A DNA stretch of 40,145 bases from Chiloscyllium plagiosum. Its lineage: Eukaryota. Positions 34,327 through 40,145 of this stretch are shown here, piece by piece. The notes beneath the pieces were generated by a model. The model saw only the letters and a list, made by a program, of their open reading frames with translations, was not told where the DNA came from and did no database searches. The DNA is taken from contig NC_057718.1 of assembly GCF_004010195.1 (NCBI RefSeq), forward strand, positions 45,015,843 to 45,055,987, written 5' to 3'. Every line of letters starts with the position of its first letter. Positions within the stretch are counted from its first letter, which is position 1. The translations under genes and the position numbers were made by a program.

Positions 34327-35599
34327 TTCATTTTTGAAGGTTGTTCACTGGGTCTCCTCTCCATTTATTAGGTTACTATTAATAGCATTAAATGTTATGA
34401 AGTAATTAAAACTGCACAAGTTAGATCAAAAACTCTATGTTCACACAGGAGAACTTCCACCCAATTAAATAAATGTTTAAATTACACTGAGCACTTGTCT
34501 TAGTACTTTGGAAATTTAGTTGAAAGTATTTCAGAAAGTCAATAATTGAGTAGGTCCAGTTTCTTTCACAGAAGTAAGGCTACTTGGCAAGTACTATTAA
34601 TCCAAAAGAGATTAACAAAAGTATTAAATTCACGAGGACAGAGGGCATGCATCCCAAACTTCTGAAAAAGACTTGGAAAATAATCTTCATTTTAGATAAC
34701 TGTAAAGCAAAGGAAATACAATCAATTGACCATTATACATGTCTCCCATTTTCACTGAAGCCAGGAAAAGTCTACTGAGTAGTTGAATTCTGGAAGACAC
34801 ACAGGAGGCATGGGGTTTCCCAACCACATGGAAATATGGCCGACTTATGATCTATGTCAGGTTGGTGGGGCGGGTTGGGGTTGGTGTGCATTATAGAGAT
34901 CCCACCTCTGTCCTACCTCCCTCCAATTGTGTCCAAGATAGGAAAGATTGTGGCCATCATATTGACCTAGAGGCCAATTCAGGTCTATAATAACCTTATC
35001 CTGTTGGTATGGTATTCACCATCCAGAGAAACTGACTATCAAACGCTCTTGGGTGCCCTGTGGCATTATAGACAGGGTCCCGCTTTCAAGGAAATTATGT
35101 TCCCAAATGAAGGATTGATGTCAGAAATGGAGTTGGGCGAGGGGATAGTTTGTCACAGAATACCACCCACTTTGGAAGCAAGACTCCCCCCTCACCACAA
35201 TCCATGGTAGCCTCCCTCATAGGAATCAGTGTGGGCAGAAGCTAGTGTTGTGTGAGAGACAGTCGCTCAAAGCAATTTTCCCAAATTAGCCAATCAACGG
35301 CCTGAAAGTGGGCTCATTGACCAGTTAAAGGCAGCAGGTTGACTCTTAAAGCTGGAAGCCCAGTAGGAGGTGCTCAGCTTGAAAGCAATGGCAGAATAGT
35401 ATTACATATCAAATGGGTCTAATAAAGGAGGCTGCCTGCGAGCACAGAGAAAGCTGGAGAAATTCAATAGGTCTGGTAGCATCAGTAGAATGAGTTAACA
35501 TTTCAAGTTTGTCTCTTGTTCTAAAGAAATCCTTCTAAAGAAAAATATATTTGTCTGTCTCTTCATGTAACTATGACAAATTATACAACTTCAACAATG

Positions 35600-37170
35600 T
35601 GATGCAAGTAGGAAAACCTTTATGCATATGCAAACTGGGCATAATTTAATCTGGCAATTTTTTTGCTTGAAACTGTATTCATTTTGTTTCTGCCATACTG
35701 ATGTTTTTGACTGAACTGTTTATTTTCAATATTAACAGTAACATTTGGTAGTCACAGATTCAGAAGTGTCTACAAATGTATCCTCATCAAAACCTCAGCT
35801 GGAAGCCCAGTCCTGTGATGGACTGCAGAGTTATTCTATACTTCAACAGAAATTTAGCTAGTTGCTGTCGCATATAGAATTTTCATACAAATATACAGGC
35901 CAACTTACAAAATGGGAGCAGATGTAGACCATTGCACTCCATGAACCTGCTCCTCCATTGAAAAGGGTCAGGGCAGTTTTTTTTTGTTGCATTTCTAACT
36001 CCACATTCCCATCTACCTCCAAAAACCCTTGATTGCCCTGCCTAACAACACCCATGCAGCACTTCATTTCTAGAGAACTTTGTCAACCAGTCTAACAAAT
36101 TTTCCAGTTGATCCCATTAATGCCAAAAGATAAGGAGGAGTATGGGAAATGCGATACCACTTTTCTTCATGAAATTTGGAAAATAGCAGAATGAATTTGA
36201 AGGTCATTATCTGAGACCATTTGGTAATCCATGACAAATAAAAATCAACAATAACAATTATTCATTCAGTCTTGGGGTTTTGACTCATTTGCTTTACTTC
36301 GATTCACTTCAACTGACTATCATTGAGAACAAAGAAACTGCTATTTTTCTCTTGATAAAAATCACATTTCTTTGAAATAACCCTATTGACCATGATCACA
36401 ATTCTAAAGGGGTTTTCTAGTGGCTTATTTCTGCAGCTTTGACAGGCAGTACACTTGTTTACCGATGATTCTGGGTCCCTCTCTAGACTAATAAACATGC
36501 ATCTTCCTATCAATTTTATTCTTATGTGTTCAGTATGTGTAAGGCTCTATGACTCCACTTGACACAGCCCTGTTAACTTGACATTTCAGTGTGGAATATT
36601 TTCAGTTCCTCATCTGTACTCTGGTCAAATTTTGATCATCCATTCAGTGTCTTTTCACAGATTATTTTCTGAATTGAGTCTTCCTGAATTTCAGCTGCAA
36701 TTTCAGTTTTCTGCAATTTCAGGCAAGTGAATATTGAAAGCAGCCCACCTTCACAATGTACATTTAGTCCTCATTTAGCAAATTCCACAGTGCTTCAACA
36801 ATTACATTCTCTTTTGAAATATGATGATAATTTTGTAATCGTACATGTACAACACACCATTTCATCTTTGATGCAACCATCATCAGAATTGTAGACAGTG
36901 GCCCTAGAAGAGCTATTACATATTTATGAACTGTTATAAGTATGAGTTTTTTACCCAACAAAAATTAGTGAAACATTTTGATGCTGAAGATGGTTCCAAG
37001 TGCCTTCTATTCTGTCTGTGTGCAGTTGTATTCATTCTTGGTGAGAGTATGCCCACATGATTGATATGGCTTCTCTTCTGTAATGTGACTGATCAATGTG
37101 TTAATGCCGCAGACAAAGGGAGAACAGGAATGAATCTAAGTTATGATTACTGCTCCCCTCAAGCTCGAGA
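35600..37170 (-). mobile_element. Decayed Ty3/Gypsy pol (RNase H, integrase zinc finger, DDE core)
   Basis: RNase H: TLTKNEYNCTQTE*KALGTIFSIKMFH*FLLGKKLILITVHK. Zinc finger: ESSVNKCTACQSCRNKP. Core: DFYQEKNSSFFVLNDSQLK, HGLP, MVSDND, FMKKSGI, LAKFLLKYRITLQSITG. Order RH then IN is Gypsy-type. A small CR1/SINE tail interrupts at ~35890-36060. Confidence 0.78.
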
Positions 37171-37379
37171 TAGCAATGTATTGTTTGACTTATTTCTTTT
37201 TCTTTTTATTTCCAATCATTAATGAGATAGGCTGATGCATGTTTTCCAATTCCTGGTTTTTGGATTACATTTTTTGTTAAGTAAACCCACAGAAAAATTC
37301 TTTGAGATGAAATTAAATATAAGATTTATTATCAAAATATTCAAAACATGAAGGAATTGTGTCACTACTCCATCCACTC

Positions 37380-38360
37380 CATAAAACCATAAGACAAACG
37401 AGCAGAATTAGGCTGTTTGGCCTATTGTATTTCCTCTGCTGTGGCTGTTGAAATAGTTAATCTTTACATAACCCATTTTTCCCGATCAATATCCTCAAAA
37501 TCTCAATTAGATCATTCCTTAGCCTTCTAAATTCTAGAGAATAAAGGCCTAATTTTTTAAAAATCTCTTTTCATAACTCCTGAATCCCTACAGTATGGAA
37601 GCCAGTCATTTGGCTCACCAAGTCCACACCAACCCTCCAAAGATCATCCCTCACAGACCCACCTCCCTACCTTATCCCTGTAACTCTGCATTTCCCACAG
37701 CTGACTCACTTAACCTGCACATTCCTAGACAATTTAGTATGGCCAATCCACCTAACCTGCACATTTTTGGACTGTGTGAAGAAACTGGAGGAAACCCATG
37801 CAGATACAGGGAGGATGTCAAACTCTACACAGACAGTCACCTGAGGCCGGAATCAAACTTGGGTCTCAGTGATAACGACTGAGACACTGTGCCACTCTGA
37901 AGTCCAGGTATCATCCTTATATACCTGACTTGAACTCCCTCCAAAGCCAAAACATCCTTCCTTAGATGTGATGCCCAGGTCTTTTCACAGTACTCTAAGT
38001 GAAGTGTAACTAGGTTTTTGTATAACTGCAGTTTAATGTCTGCATCCTTTTACTCTAGCCCTTTAGATATGAAGGCCAGTATTCCATTTGCCTTCTGGAA
38101 TATTTTAAACACTTGTTCATGGCATTTTAAACAGCGATGTAGCTGAACCCCTAAATCTTGTTGACATCTACCATATTTAACTTTGTGCCTTCCAAAGAAA
38201 ACCCTGATGTATCCTTTTTCGGCCCAAAGTGGATAACATCACACTTGGCTATATTAAAATCTATCTGCGACAGCCTTGCCCATTCATCTAATCTATCAAT
38301 ATCCTGCTGTAATTTATGCTGTCATCAACATTGTCAGCAATGCTGTCCAACTTCATATCA
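37380..38360 (-). mobile_element. Old CR1 LINE 3' fragment with nested SINE
   Basis: Tail ataaaaccataagac at ~37381. Antisense RT C-terminal remnants (Q-DIDRLDEWARLSQIDFNIAKCDVIHFG at 38220-38310). Confidence 0.7.
37590..37895 (-). mobile_element. V-SINE (HE1-like)
   Basis: Similar to 14190-14508 and 22903-23073 (acaatttagtatggccaatccacctaacctgcac; cacacagacagtcacc). Confidence 0.8.
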
Positions 38361-39106
38361 TTATGAGTTCAGCAAGGTTGTGCATTTTAAAATAAACAGA
38401 ATTTAAATATGAAAGTTAAAGAAGTAAATATAGTATTCTTTAGATTTATCTCCATGCCTTCTGGCATGAAAACATAAGCTTTGACAAAAAAAGACACTGG
38501 CCTAGCCTTGCAAAATATTGATCTTACATGGACCTGATTAGGTTATATGCTTCCACACTGATTATGTCTTCATAGCAGTCCTTGAAAATGTTGCTATTGC
38601 TATCCAATAATTGATCAGGTTTCTTGAGCACCTCAATTTGTTCCACCATTATGCCTCAATTGGGGTAGCACGCTGGAAATCAAGCTCCAGTATTTCTAGG
38701 GTCATCACAAAAGTTAAAGCTTCTGTAAAAGTATGCAAAACATTCACAATTTACAGCTCTTTTGAAATCAGGTTGACAAGAAATCACAAACTAAGTTTCT
38801 GTACTTTAGAAAAAATACTGTTTACTCCAAATTAATAGATTCTAGCTACAGGTACACAATTATGACCCATTGACATATAAATCAAATAGTTAAATCTCCC
38901 GCCGCTTTCATAAAAGTCCCCCTACAGTCATGTACCGACAGACAGACAGACTCAGACATACATGATGTTATGGCTGAAGGGAAAAACTGAGAAGGTAGTT
39001 CAATAGGCCCTGCCCACAGGGTTTATTATTACATAAACTACATGCTATGCATGTTCATAATATAGGAGTATATTACACATACCATCAGAGCATGCACCCT
39101 CACTTC

Positions 39107-39761
39107 AATGTTGTCAAATTTCAATTTCTAAAAGGTGTGTACACTCTTTAATATATTGACATTTGTTAGAACATAGAACAATACAGCACAGAACAGGTCC
39201 TTTAGCCCTCAATGTTGTGCCAACCTGTGAACTAATCTAAGCCCATCCCCCTACACTATCCCATCATCATCCATGTGCTTATCCAAGGATTGTTTAAATC
39301 TTCTTAAAGTGGCTGAGTTAACTACATTGGCAGGTAGGGCACTCTATGCCCTTCCCACTCTCTCAGTGAAGAACCTGCTTCTGACATCTGTCTTAAATAT
39401 ATCACTCCTCAATTTGTAGTTATGCCCCCCAGTACAAGCTGACATTATTATCCGAGGAAAAAGACTTCCACTGTCTACCTTATCTAATCCCCTGATCATC
39501 TTTTATGTCTCCATCAAATCCCCTCTTAGCCTTCTTCTTTCCAATGAGAACAGACCCAAGTCTCTCAGCCTTTATTCATAAGACCTTCCCTCCAAATCCT
39601 GGTAAATCTCTTCTGCACATTTTCCAATGTTTCCATATCATTCCTGTAATGGGGTGACCAGAACTGTACACAATATTCCAAGTACAGCCACAATAGCATT
39701 TTATTTAGTTGCAGCATGACATTACGGCTCTGGAACTCAATCCCCCTACCAATAAAACTCA
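39107..39761 (-). mobile_element. CR1 LINE 3' fragment
   Basis: ORF SFIGRGIEFQSRNVMLQL...LEYCVQFWSPHYRNDMETLENVQKRFTR; tail tagaacatagaac; same subfamily as 20395-20975. Confidence 0.92.
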
Positions 39762-40145
39762 AAAAGAGATCATGCTGTAAGATTGAGTGAAATAGGAGTT
39801 AATGGGAAGGGTGAGGGCAATAACAAATGAAAAATACTATATATGAATGCATGAAGCATTAGAAATAAGATGGATGAGCTTGAGGCTCTTTTGGAAATTG
39901 GCAGATACGATATTGTGGGGATTACTGAGACGTGGCTTCAAGTGGACAGGGTCTGGGAAATGAATATTCAAGGCTACACGTGCTATCGTAATGACAGACT
40001 GACGGGCAGAGGGGGTGGGGTGGCCATGTTGGTAAGGGATGATATTCAGTCCCTTGCACGGGGGGACCTAGAATCAGGGGATGTAGAGTCAGTATGGATA
40101 GAGCTGAGAAATTCTAAGGGTAAAAAGACCCTCTTGGGAGTCATC
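39762..40145 (+). mobile_element. CR1 LINE ORF1 end / ORF2 endonuclease start (runs off the window)
   Basis: Translates ILYMNA*SIRNKMDELEALLEIGRYDIVGITETWLQ...NIQGYTCYRNDRLTGRGGGVAMLVRDDI...VESVWIELRNSKGKKTLLGVI, an APE endonuclease N-terminus. Confidence 0.92.

Overview
Eukaryotic, repeat-rich genomic DNA, probably from a shark. This is inferred from the mix of CR1 LINEs, V-SINE/HE1-like SINEs and Penelope elements; the species was not identified. There are two assembly gaps (10113-10926, 24497-24675). The only host-gene signal is two short + strand coding exons (2297-2374, 5377-5434) that splice in frame into the conserved C-terminal region of a SPATA7-family protein; I could not find the next exon in the remaining ~34.7 kb. 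The rest is a layered set of transposon fossils: CR1 LINEs (one near full length, with an SGNH-esterase ORF1), CR1/L2-type LINEs, many Penelope-like insertions with visible target-site duplications (TSDs) and minimal hammerhead-ribozyme motifs, tRNA-SINEs, a decayed Ty1/copia (GalEa-like) element, a decayed Gypsy pol, and RTE and possible Harbinger remnants. Most ORF-track entries are spurious or TE-derived. I found no convincing new protein-coding system. The best leads are structural: a TSD-flanked 85-bp-arm palindrome carrying a hammerhead, a tandem hammerhead pair 389 nt apart, an old ~1 kb inverted repeat pair of unknown origin, two short fold-back duplications, and a possible twin-primed CR1 inversion. 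All family assignments come from motif recognition by eye; no database search was run.
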